A stretch of DNA of 64,000 nt, taken from the NCBI GenBank assembly GCA_009103225.1, contig RHPI01001327.1:1-64000 (forward strand). The letters run 5' to 3'. The notes beneath the pieces were generated by a model that was not told where the DNA came from, searched no databases, and saw only the letters and a program-made list of their open reading frames with translations. This document shows positions 1-10,862 of the stretch, piece after piece. Origin of the DNA: Chlorokybus atmophyticus (Eukaryota > Plantae > Mesostigma and Chlorokybus algae). Numbering within the stretch: position 1 is the stretch's first letter; each line of letters opens with the position of its first letter. The position numbers and the translations under genes are program-made.

Positions 1-82
1 CTAACCCTAACCCTAACCCTAACCCTAACCCTAACCCTAACCCTAACCCTAACCCTAACCCTAACCCTAACCCTAACCCTAA
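1..82 (+). repeat. Telomeric repeat array (CCCTAA)n, i.e. TTAGGG type, at the window/chromosome start
   Basis: Perfect CCCTAA hexamers from base 1 to 82, then an abrupt switch to TCCCGCTAAAAG. Confidence 0.98.
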
Positions 83-1794
83 TCCCGCTAAAAGCATGTT
101 GTTGTGCATCTTGCTAGCACGCCTTCTCGCTATGCACCTCACGCGCATGCAGTGCATTGCTGGCAGCTGCGACGAAGCTCACACGCTCATAAACTAGACA
201 CTCACCACGGGAAGAAGCACCAACGCAAGTCATAGCCATACCACCACCTTCTGGGGCAGCAATCAGGCGCTTCCTCCAATTAATGACGGGGTTATGTGTT
301 CAAAGCCAAGGTAGGCCCAATATGCCATCAAAGCCATTGCCGAGCTTGAGGCAGCAAAACTGTAGGCTATCCTTCATCATCCCCACGTGGACTTCAACCT
401 CTTTGCTCAGCTTTGCAGCTCTGGTTGGCGCACGGCCGTCTGCGAGAGTCACGGAGGCATTCGCCCACGAGAGCCACTTGTGTCGACGCGCAACCTCTCG
501 ATTCATGAAGCTGCTATTCGCGCCGCTATCCACCAGGAATTTGCACTCCACCCAAGGCCCATCACCCTCGCGAATCATGGCCGTGACGGTCAGCAGCTAT
601 CTCGCCGCATCGGGCACACGAACCACACCGTTCCACAACACCGTCGCGCACGTATACATGCCGCCAACAGTCACTGACGCATCCACGAAAGTCTTTGAAC
701 CGTCAACATCAGAAAGAGGCTCCATTTCAACCCCAACAGCAACCTCCTTAGCTAATGAGATGAGCCGTTTCCCAACTGCAACATCTCCTCCTCCACCGTA
801 TCCACACGTCCACCGCCGCGCGCGTTGCGTGCATGTGCAGCCGACTCTGCCTTAAAGATGGGGCGGTTGGAGCGCATATGTTCAGTAGAAGAGCACCCAA
901 CACTTCCGAACTGCCTTGGCATCTTCCCGACCCTTCACACCCTTTTTTGAAGCATGGAGAACACCCAACTCTATAGGTGTAGGTAACGAGTCAGTCCCCG
1001 CAGTTGTTGCAGCTCCCGAACCAGCTCCAAAAGGTGTGTATGAGCGATACAAACCTCCCCGTGACCGAGTGAAGCGCCCACAATCAGTGTCTTTGGCAGT
1101 ACCCTTGAAGTACAACACGTCCGTATGCTCGGCGATGCAAATCCTCCGCAAGAGACTTGGCGTCACGAAGCTCAACTTCCTTGCGACAGAGAGTCTTCAA
1201 CCCGCGCGTATAGCGGTCCAGCTGCTCCTCCTCAGTCATGTTGGGTATGGAGAGCACAAGACGCTGAAACGCAAATGTGTAGGCCATCACGGACTGCGTT
1301 TGCACAAGTGTAGAGAGCTGATCGCGTGCCGTCTTCATGCTTTGCACTGGTACGAACGGTTTCTTCACCTCAGCGGCCAGCTCAGCCACGGTGACAAAGG
1401 GGACCTCGAGACCAGCTTCCACACGAGCACAACGATGACACCACCACACAGGTGCAGCTCCCTCAAAGAAAGTAGCAGCCACATCGACATGGAGATGTAC
1501 AGGTACCTCGGTGAGCTTCAACCATGAAGAGGCAGCAAACACCCACTCCTCGACGCAGTCACCATCCCTCTGGCCCTTGAATGGCTTTGGTTTCGGCACT
1601 TTCACGTGACGAGAGGCTGGTGGAAGAGCCACAGGTGCAGCAATAGGCGTAGCCACGCGCGCTTGCGCCAAGACTTCTTGAAATTGTGCCACTTGAGCTT
1701 GGGCAGATGCTTGAACACGTTGCAGCTCCTTATGAACAGCGACCAGCACTTGCTGAAGCTCCACAACACGTGCATCATCCATGGTAGCGTCCAT
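83..1794 (-). pseudogene. gag-protease of the Gypsy element, with frameshifts and in-frame stops
   Basis: Homologous blocks are split over three frames (1794-1084, 1175-882, 578-300), with a stop inside LPWL*THNP. Confidence 0.85.
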
Positions 1795-1867
1795 AAACAG
1801 AAAAATATGTCACACACCAAAGATATAGTTAATACCCCTTAAAAACAAGAAACTCAACTCTACCAAG

Positions 1868-1880
1868 GGCTCCGATAACA
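1868..1880 (-). promoter_or_regulatory. Primer-binding site, tRNA-iMet type
   Basis: Minus strand reads ..GTTACA G TGTTATCGGAGCC, 11/13 to the classical TGGTATCAGAGCC, directly after the LTR-terminal CA and upstream of gag. Confidence 0.7.
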
Positions 1881-1881
1881 C

Positions 1882-2554
1882 TGTAACGATGCTCGTGCTC
1901 ACATACACAACACACAAGTCATACAACACATGTGTGCATCTCAGCACAGTCTTCACACCGGAACCTTGCCTTCTCCGCGCACGTACGCGTCAAGCACGCA
2001 CACGCACACGAACACTGTTACTTCCCACGCCAAGCAAGAACGCAGCAGTGTGCCTTAGATCACGCCTCTCTCAAGCATACACAAGCATACTCACAGCAGA
2101 GAGCAGAAAGCAAGTGTTGGTTGTATTATACACGGTTTCCATTTGTACAAGCACAACAACCAAGCAGCCCAATAACCAGGCGTTTTGTCTATGATGTACC
2201 AATTCCAAAGGACCTGTATAAGCGCAGACTGCTACCACGCGCGTCGGAGTACATGTCACGCGACAGCTAACTGGCAGTCCGCGTCACAAGGTACTGCGCA
2301 GCGGTAGCTGACTATGCAGTCCGCGTCACATGGCAGGTACCGTGTAATCTAGTCAGCTGCGTCACCACTGCCTCAGTAGGTCACATCGCAGGCGGGCGCT
2401 GCCGGGCTGGTCGCAGGCGAAGTTGCGCGCGGAGTCGCGCGCGGCAGCAGAGCACAGCCTGTACAGCTTATAAAAGCCCTAAATAAAGCCTTAATAAAGG
2501 CAAAACACATATTGTACATGTAGTAAATTATGGAAAAAGGTCCAAGCTGTTACA
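1882..2554 (-). repeat. Putative 5' LTR of the Gypsy element
   Basis: TGTAAC at 1882-1887 and its inverse GTTACA at 2549-2554; TATATA-like box near 2215 on the minus strand. The outer boundary is uncertain because no second LTR exists for comparison. Confidence 0.5.
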
Positions 2555-3918
2555 ATCACCGTTCCATAGTTCAAGGGAGCATGTTCAGCCTCCCTCTATC
2601 TGTGCGCGTCTCCCTCTCCATTAAGAAGCGCTATGCATGTGAATATCTGCAATGCTGACTATGCATAGTGGGCATGACTGTTTACAATGTGTGCGGCTTG
2701 TGCACATAGTCTATGCATGACATGTATGGGTCATGTACTTATGCATAATGCATAAGCTCAGAGTTGAAAATGCTAGGCTCTCGTAAGCACAGTGTTACAC
2801 CTTGATTGCAACATAATGTGAGGACAATGTGCTTTATGAATTAACTTTTGAGACGCATGTGTACAGAATACGAAGCTTGGGGGACAATTCATACTATACC
2901 CTATACGTATTGGTACTGGCATGCATGTCCGTAACTTACAATTTGTTCAAGCATAATAACACTTGATATTCCAGCTCTGCACAACCATTGAAGTTCAAGG
3001 TGGAGATGGCGGCGGTGGCAATGGTGGAGTGGAGCAGGAGCATGATAGAGTGACCAATTGCGTCTCTTTGCAAGGTTAGCCAACAGGTTATCCTGAACAT
3101 GCGCAACCTTGAACTGGGATGGGGCATTGTATGAAACCGATGAGGGCGATGAGGAGCAAGGGAGAGGAAATGAGCAGTAAGTTGGAATATATTAAGGGAG
3201 CGAACATGGAGGTAAGGGAGCACGGTGGGAGTGGGAGAAATACTACTGTGACACGCGCCGCTAGGCCCCCCAGGCGCAGCTTGAATCTGTGTTTGAGTTG
3301 GTATCTTACATACAACACAGGCAAACAGTTTCAGCTCTGATGCTGATGATGGCGCTGGCGACAGCGTCGTTAGTCACAACAATAGCAATAACAACCACAT
3401 CGTGCGCACCATCTACATAACAGCAGTCACCACCTACACACAACAACAGCACACATACCAGCAGGTATGCACCGCAAAACGGCAACATCAAACTACAACA
3501 TCTACCATGACAACAAACAAAATAAACCACCTTTAGCGCAAAACCACAACACCTGCAGCACAAGTCCCAATAACAACAACGGCTTCACGCGTTGTGTTCC
3601 AATGCAGTTGGAACAACGACAACACAGCAGCCGTCACAACGACAACCACAGGACAGTTCACATCAACAACCAACACGCAGAACTTTGACAATAAACATCC
3701 ACACCTGCTGTGCTGCACGACTTTACTCACGGCAGCAATCACAACAACCACAACCACAACATACTCCAGATCAACAACACAGAAAACGCAGCTGGAGTGC
3801 GCGGGCCTAACCTAGTGCCCACGTGGAACTCTCCCAGCCACAACCTCAGTGAGTCTTGTATGCTTGGCGGATGCGGAATGACTCCTTTGGTTCTGCAAGA
3901 GCGGTGCGTAAGGCGCAA

Positions 3919-6635
3919 TCATGTTTCTTGCACAATGGCCTTGACCTCCACCAGCGAGGGCACATTAAACTTCAGCCGCGTAAGCTCCACAATCTCGTCC
4001 AAAACCTGCGTCAACAGGCAGTACACATTGCATAGCGTAAGCGACAGGTACAGTTTGTCCAACTCCGGAGCGCCTATATAGACTCAAGCGACAGCAGTAC
4101 CAATGCTGACACTTCAGTAAGAGACCACGGTGCCACCAACAACCACAATGCTAGGCAAATTTTACCTGAAGCGCATAGTCCAAATCTTCACGAGAATGGG
4201 CGGCGGAGAGGCACATCCTTGCGCGTGCAAGCAGCAAAGGTGTTGCTGGAAATCCAACGACCACAACAGCAAGCTGTGCATGCAAAGCCACCAAGGTTAC
4301 CAAACGCGAGGGTTGACAGCCAGCAATGTACCAGGCAATGACTTATAACTCACATTTCGTTTCAGGCACTCTCTAGAGAAGCATGGCAGCTTGGCTGGAT
4401 GATAGAGCATGATGGGGATGATTGGAGAGTCTTCATCCCCTAGCACTTCACAGCCCATAGCTCGCAACTGTTCTCTGAAGTAGTTGGAGTTTTCGTGTAA
4501 TTGCTGGATCTTTTGCGTGCCTGTTTAGACAGCTGTCTGTGATTACTTGACAAGGCATGCGCCCTCATCACGCACGCAACTCACTTGAACCCACGGAACT
4601 TCCTTCTTGCCAACAGCAATGAGCTCACCTCGCATTGTTCCGTCCTCACCCATGATGACTTGTAAGGCACTCAATGCTTGCTCCACAGCTGGGACAGACA
4701 TAGATTCCGCATACAAAGACGCCGGACATGCATGCCTTATGTAGGCAATTAGTTCCTGAAAAACACGACTGGTCACAATTACTCCCAATTACCAGAATGT
4801 GCATAGCGACACACCTCTGACCCAGCAATGTAGCCACCGCAAGAACCAAACGACTTGGTAAAGGTGCCCATCATTATATCCACATCAGCTGGATTCACGC
4901 CGAAGTATTCGCAAACGCCTCGCCCCGTTTTGCCCATGCATCCTATGCTGTGCGCCTCGTCCAAGTACAGGTAAGCCTGGATACAACGTCGCATTTGCAG
5001 CCAATGGACTTGTACCAGCTGTTCGTGCCAAACAGCGTGCATGACACAAGTACATACACGCAAACACACTTGCAAGCGGACCTTGTACTTCTTCTTCAAC
5101 TCCACAATCTCCGGCAAACAGCAGCACTCGCCCTCCATGGAATATACACCCTCGACAACTATCAAGATCTTTTTCCATGGCCTGTGTGATCGAGGCTGAC
5201 CCTCAGCGACTGCTTGCCGCAGCACCCTTTCCAGATCTGCGGGGACTGCAAGCAAGTAGAGCAAATTGTCAATGCCAGTTGTGGTACGCATGCAAGAACA
5301 TCTTGTGGTAGTTGTTTGAGACCGACATCAACCACTTCCTCACACCACATGTTAAATGCATGCATACCGTTATGTCTGAAAACTTTAATCTTTGCTCCAG
5401 AGGCAGCTGCACCACTGCGAATGGAAGCGTGATTCAGGGAGTCGCTTATAATCAAGCTACCCTGCAACATGTCCGACACAGTCAGATTCGACAGCTTGCA
5501 TCACACTTGCAAAGCAGCAACCGCTGTCACCTTGCCAACGAGTGCTGGTATGACTGCTGAGTTGGTGGCAAACCCCATGCCAAACGTAATCGCGGCGGGC
5601 TTGCCGACAAAACGTGCGACCAACTTCTCCAACTCCACATGCCTCTCTGTCGTGCCTGTTGAATGCGACATGAGACTGGTGTTGCTGACACTTGGTTGTG
5701 ATACAAGCAAGCCGCCATCATCTGGACGCGGATTATCTGAAAAGCTACCAAGTTCGGGCGTCTGCTGAGGACATGCTTGGCCAGTACACTTAGCAAGCTC
5801 TGAACTCAGGTGCATGTATGTACAAATCAGCACAAGCAGCATGCACCTGCATCCATGCGTGGCCCGCATGTCCCAGCAGAGTACTGCTGCAAAGCCTTCT
5901 GAACGCGGGACGTGCAGTACTCGTCCTGAGCAGCGAAGCCCAGGTAGTTGTAAGAGCCAAGGTTCAAGCAGCGCCTCCCTTCACCAGTGCGACTGCACAG
6001 GTTACACAACACTCAGCAATGGCCATGCTGCTCACAGGAACCGAGGGTAAGCATGCAATCCGCACAACAAGGCCTGCACTTGCTTGTTGCTCACTTGTCA
6101 GCTTTGTCACGCAATTCCACAGTGATCCACGCATCCGGCGCACTTGAAATGGGACGGTTCCAGCAGTCCTAAAGTTTACGACGATTGCCTCAGTCGCTAG
6201 GGCAGCGGTTTTGCCTGTGCTGCCGTTGCACGAACAAACACGTGTACCTACCTTTATTCTGCCATACAGACGGCGAGTGTAGAAATCCTCATAATCACGG
6301 CAAATTGGAGCATATCCCTGCAACGCACAGACCGTACGAATGAACGAGGTTGGCATGCTACGCAAAGCTACTGACGGCAAGGCAGCCATGCGGCATCCAG
6401 ACGAGCATCACCCAACATGTTATCTGTCCGCATGGTTGTGCACAGCACAAACAAGAAAGCGGTTTCATGTTGGCAATGACATGGTTCACTCAGGTTGTCC
6501 TGAGAGACGTGCCTTGGGCGGTTGGTTTTGGTCACTGAAGCCTCGGAAGAAGTCGCGCAAGTGCCCAAACACGAACAGCAGGCCGTAGCTGAGATACGTC
6601 GTCAAGGCGGCAAAGTAGGGTATGGCAAGCGCCAT
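3919..6635 (-). CDS. LCB2: Serine palmitoyltransferase long-chain base subunit 2 (multi-exon)
   Basis: Joined exons give [111 protein letters not shown] (PLP lysine)..[19 protein letters not shown], colinear with plant LCB2. Confidence 0.97.
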
Positions 6636-7074
6636 GATGGCGCCAGCGCCTCGCCTGACAAGCTATTAACCCCTACCCCGCCCTCAATACGCTATTGACC
6701 CTGAACCCACTAGCGCTGGGGCGGCTGCGGCGACAGGCTGTCGCCGCCGCCACAGCCTCACCAGCGCCACTATCAAAGGAGTTCGGTGGCAGTCTGTCCC
6801 GCTGTGTAGCAACACCGCCACGGCCCCCGCCTACCCCGCCGACGCCACCGTCGCCACAGAGGCTGCCAAGTGGCGCCAATCTGCTGCGCAACAGGCCTAG
6901 GCCTAGTTTCAGACTGTGGCAGCGACCTTTTCGCGCGCGAAATTTGTGTTGCGAATTGCAATGAGTGAGTTACAGTGTCGTGTTAGTAACACGGTGTTAC
7001 TTTACAATGTTCTTGTACCGTACAAGTTGTACGTAATGTACTTGGTACTGTACCAAAGTACAGTACAGGCTGTA

Positions 7075-7292
7075 CTCTCTCTCGATAAATGCATATACGA
7101 TAAGTGCATGGTTTTGCCCGACACCAATGAAATCTGTCGTTAGTATAAGGCAGTGTAAGTGCATATCCACGATAATAGAACAAGGTGTTCCCGATGGTAT
7201 ACTAGCAACAGAATGCATGGGTTTCGGGCAAAACCATGCACTTATGGCGGATATGCACTTATCAAATATGCATTTATCGAGGATAGACTGTA
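7075..7292. mobile_element. Small inverted-repeat element (MITE-like, Tc1/pogo-type end)
   Basis: CTCGATAAATGCATAT..GATAAGTGCATGGTTTTGCCCGA (7081-7121) is inverted at 7224-7281. The right end reads TA-CAGTCTATCCTCGATAA on the minus strand; the left end has decayed to (CT)n. Confidence 0.6.
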
Positions 7293-8281
7293 GTGTCGTT
7301 TCAAAAGCCGATTTTGCATCATAACACATCGGCGAGAACAATGATGAAGTGTACCACCATGTAATGCTGACACCTTATTGCGCCCTTACTTAAGCAGAGT
7401 CCGTTGAAATCTAATGAGGCATAACTGTCTTCAGTAAAATCAATGATATGTGAGCGGCCTTGCAGAAATGATATCGCAAACTGTAATATATATGAGCCTA
7501 TAATATAAATAGGTACATGTAGTTGTGGTCGCTGACTGCTTGGTGTTGAGTTGAGTGGCAAGTTGATACAAGTTTGAACATAGCGCCTTGATTATCTGAT
7601 GACTAATGCTCATATAAGTTGCTTGCATATTGCATGTACCCCTTTTTGGTGTTAATATATCACATGCTCAGCAAACCGCAAACACAATGCGGCCCATTCC
7701 TTATGCCCTTGTCGTGAACTAGAGCGACTAGCTGGAAGACGATGATGTTCCGGTGTGCAGGTGTGGTGGGTACCATCAGCAAAGACCGTTGCATGAATCG
7801 GCTTGTATGTAATGCGGAGCAAGCATATCGCATCATGCACTTGCCTATTAGTGGACCATAGTGTAACCTAACATGATTTTACATGCATCCTGAGGTCAGG
7901 TATACCACCATCAACCGCCGCTGAAATGTATCGGAATTTAACACTTGTCAACCATAAAGCATGAGGCACAGCATCTCATCTACTAGTTGAAGGTGGGGAC
8001 AAGTATTGATCATGCTAAGTGATGATATGTAGGTGCAATGGCATCACACCGGCATCACAAGGCGTGTGACACAAGACATTAACGCCCAACCCCACCACCC
8101 ACACCTAACCGCCAACAACCGCACAGCTGCTGCACCATGCAGTGCGCACAATGGCACTGCACACCAACAGTGCAGTGAGAGAAACAGATACAACAGAGGG
8201 GCGTGGTAGGGGGGCAGAGCAAAGGGGCCCTGCCTGACGAGTCAACAAAGGTTACAGCGTCTGCATGCGGTGACAGGCGTG

Positions 8282-8284
<3 letters not shown>

Positions 8285-8368
<84 letters not shown>

Positions 8369-8721
8369 NNNNNNNNNNNNNNNNNNNNNNNNNNNNNNNN
8401 NNNNNNNNNNNNNNNNNNNNNNNNNNNNNNNNNNNNNNNNNNNNNNNNNNNNNNNNNNNNNNNNNNNNNNNNNNNNNNNNNNNNNNNNNNNNNNNNNNNN
8501 NNNNNNNNNNNNNNNNNNNNNNNNNNNNNNNNNNNNNNNNNNNNNNNNNNNNNNNNNNNNNNNNNNNNNNNNNNNNNNNNNNNNNNNNNNNNNNNNNNNN
8601 NNNNNNNNNNNNNNNNNNNNNNNNNNNNNNNNNNNNNNNNNNNNNNNNNNNNNNNNNNNNNNNNNNNNNNNNNNNNNNNNNNNNNNNNNNNNNNNNNNNN
8701 NNNNNNNNNNNNNNNNNNNNN

Positions 8722-8769
<48 letters not shown>
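8285..8769. repeat. (AG)n microsatellite spanning an assembly gap (N 8369-8721)
   Basis: Pure AG dinucleotide on both sides of the N run. Confidence 0.97.
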
Positions 8770-8774
<5 letters not shown>

Positions 8775-9380
8775 GGGCCTGACTGCGCATGTTTCTGGGT
8801 TACTGCATGCCGAAGTTGTTGTGAAGAACAACCAAGGCTGACGCTGTTGCTGCGTGCTGTACAAATGATTGACACTTGCATGCATGTGTGGCTAACGAGG
8901 AAGGTGAGTAGCATAGAGGCAGTGTACAAAGTATAGCCCGATGGTGAACTCTATATGCCATGTGCTGTCTTTAGTTGATAACACCGTGTGTATGCATAGC
9001 ACCATTGCATGCAACATATGAAGTATAACATCTTTGTACACAAGACGCATGCGCAGGTAACCGTTATTGCTATGCATGCATATGTGCATGTCTAACAAGG
9101 GGCAGTAGCGATAGAGGTAGAATTAGTTGGTAGATAGCATACAGACGCATGCCTTAGCCCAGTGGTTAAGTTGGTGAGTAGTTGTTGTGGTGGTGCATGG
9201 CATGTTCATGTAGATTTGCATGTACGATTTCCACCTTGCATCTTTTGTACACAGTGTGGTTGGCATGTGCTGTCTCACTCTGCGTGCTACTGACTGTCCA
9301 TGCCACTATGCATGTGCATTTCCGTTTCACATTGTTTGTACACAGTCAACAAGCACACATTTGCCCGCGCACTTGCACTA

Positions 9381-9499
9381 TCAGTGCACGCTGCTTGCGC
9401 AATGCTTCTCGTACACAGCAGCTTCAAGGAGGTCGTCGAGCTCCCCCTTGTTGCTGAGCTTCACTTTGACGAGTCGTCCTCAGATGGACCTGGGATGAC
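9381..9499 (-). pseudogene. Degenerate tandem copy of the last GCSH exon, with upstream intron copied to about 9650
   Basis: cag|GTCATCCCAGGTCCATCTGAGGACGA-CTCGTCAAAGTG... is 119 nt versus 123 nt for the functional exon 9663-9785; the 4-nt deletion removes the GW codons and shifts the frame. Confidence 0.85.
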
Positions 9500-9662
9500 C
9501 TGCGTTTGTTGTGTCAATGAGTATGCTACCACACGCCGCAGTCTGACTTTAGTGCACCTGACTGCCCAGCATTTGCCATGAAGTTGGATTCACGTACGGT
9601 GGATGCTATCAGGGAAAACGGCCAGACAGGAAAACACACTTGCAACCCGCACACGCGCGCTC

Positions 9663-10622
9663 TCAGTGCGCGCTGTCTGCGCAATGTTTCTCATATGCAG
9701 CGGCATCAAGGAGGTCATTGAGCTCCCCCTTGTTGCTGAGCTTCACTTTGACGAGCCAGCCGTCCTCAAACGGACCGGAATTGACCTGCATTTGTTGTGT
9801 CAATGAGTAGTCTACCAAACGCCACAGTTTGGCTTTGGTGCCCGACTGCCCAGCATTTGCCATAAAGTTCAATTCACGCGCGGTGGATGTTAACAGGGAC
9901 AACGGCTAGACAAAAACACACACTTGCAACCCTCTATCGTGCGCTCATAAATGTCAATCACAACCGCACATGCATTGCCACGGATATGCAGACAGATGCG
10001 CATGCACTATGCATGCTAAGTCGTGCAATGCAAGGGCAGCTTCATGGTGGAACGGCTGGCAAATGTATGACATGCCAATACATACTGATCCAAGCTTCAC
10101 ATTACCCCGGTTGTAATAGAAGGCACGCAGTGTGACAATTACCATACATTATGTTGACAGCAGATGACACTCGGTCAGCTGCCGTCCCACCCAAGCGGAA
10201 ACCATATTGTGAAATGCAGAAAGAAATATGGTTGTGGTGACAACACATGCAACCTTAACCCTAACCGTAACCCTGTAGCTTACATTTGCGGGTGAGTCGG
10301 CGAGGGTGGTGTTGACCTCCGTGACGGTGCCTGTGACGGGTGAGTAGATGTCGCTGGCGGCCTTGACGCTCTCGACGACGCCGAGAGTCTCGCCCTTCTT
10401 GAGCTCCGTGCCGACAGCGGGTGCGTCCACGAAGACGACGTCTCCAAGCGCCTCCTGGGCGAAGTCGCTGATGCCCACTACGCCCTCATCCCCGGACACC
10501 TTCACCCACTCGTGGCTGGGCAGATACTTGCAGGACTGGTTAACCGTAGCGAACGGCCTCACCCCGATGCCGCCAGACAGCAGCCTCCCGGATAATGCAC
10601 TGCACACGCTTCTCAACGCCAT
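9663..10622 (-). CDS. GCSH: Glycine cleavage system H protein, mitochondrial (2 exons)
   Basis: Transit-like [15 protein letters not shown], then [43 protein letters not shown] (lipoyl lysine)..|[16 protein letters not shown]; intron about 9786-10282. Confidence 0.97.
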
Positions 10623-10766
10623 TGCCGCCGCCGCCGCCGCCAACCACCACAATGGGATAGGTTAGGATGATATGTGGCTCCCGCTGCCTCACTGTCTCGC
10701 TTCCCCAAGCGAAGTTCGCTTTGGCTTTGTTGTTTCTGTTTTCCCCTTCAATTCGAATTTCGGGAA

Positions 10767-10774
10767 TAGGGTTT
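10767..10774. promoter_or_regulatory. Telo-box (AAACCCTA) in the GCSH/WDR44 divergent promoter
   Basis: TAGGGTTT between the two opposed ATGs (10622, 10863). Confidence 0.5.
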
Positions 10775-10862
10775 GCTGCGATCTCTAATACGCTGTCTGC
10801 CAGTCAGTGCACGACAACGACGGTGACGGCGGCGGCGAGGAGGAGTCGGAGGATCAGGGTGC

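Larger units (their letters stand above)
83..2554 (-). mobile_element. Degenerate Ty3/Gypsy LTR retrotransposon (5' LTR, PBS, gag, protease), truncated before RT by the telomere
   Basis: Gag ORF 1794-1084 (VKVPKPKPFKGQRDG..EEW, EEEQLDRYTRGLK); frameshifted PIELG followed by a decayed CCHC knuckle (C-WV-C-SSTE-H-MRSN-R) near 860-900; retropepsin FLVDSGANSSF and DGILGLPWL*THNPVINW (578-270). No RT, RNase H or integrase motifs before the telomere. Confidence 0.88.

Noticed and set aside
7341-7370. Box C/D snoRNA (ATGATGA...CTGA)
   Set aside because: Boxes only about 20 nt apart, with no terminal stem and no recognisable guide.
8079-8929. Long ORFs with (ER)n/(LS)n/X runs, also at 15437-16138, 44170-45219 and 63097-63584
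   Set aside because: Artefacts of microsatellites and N gaps.
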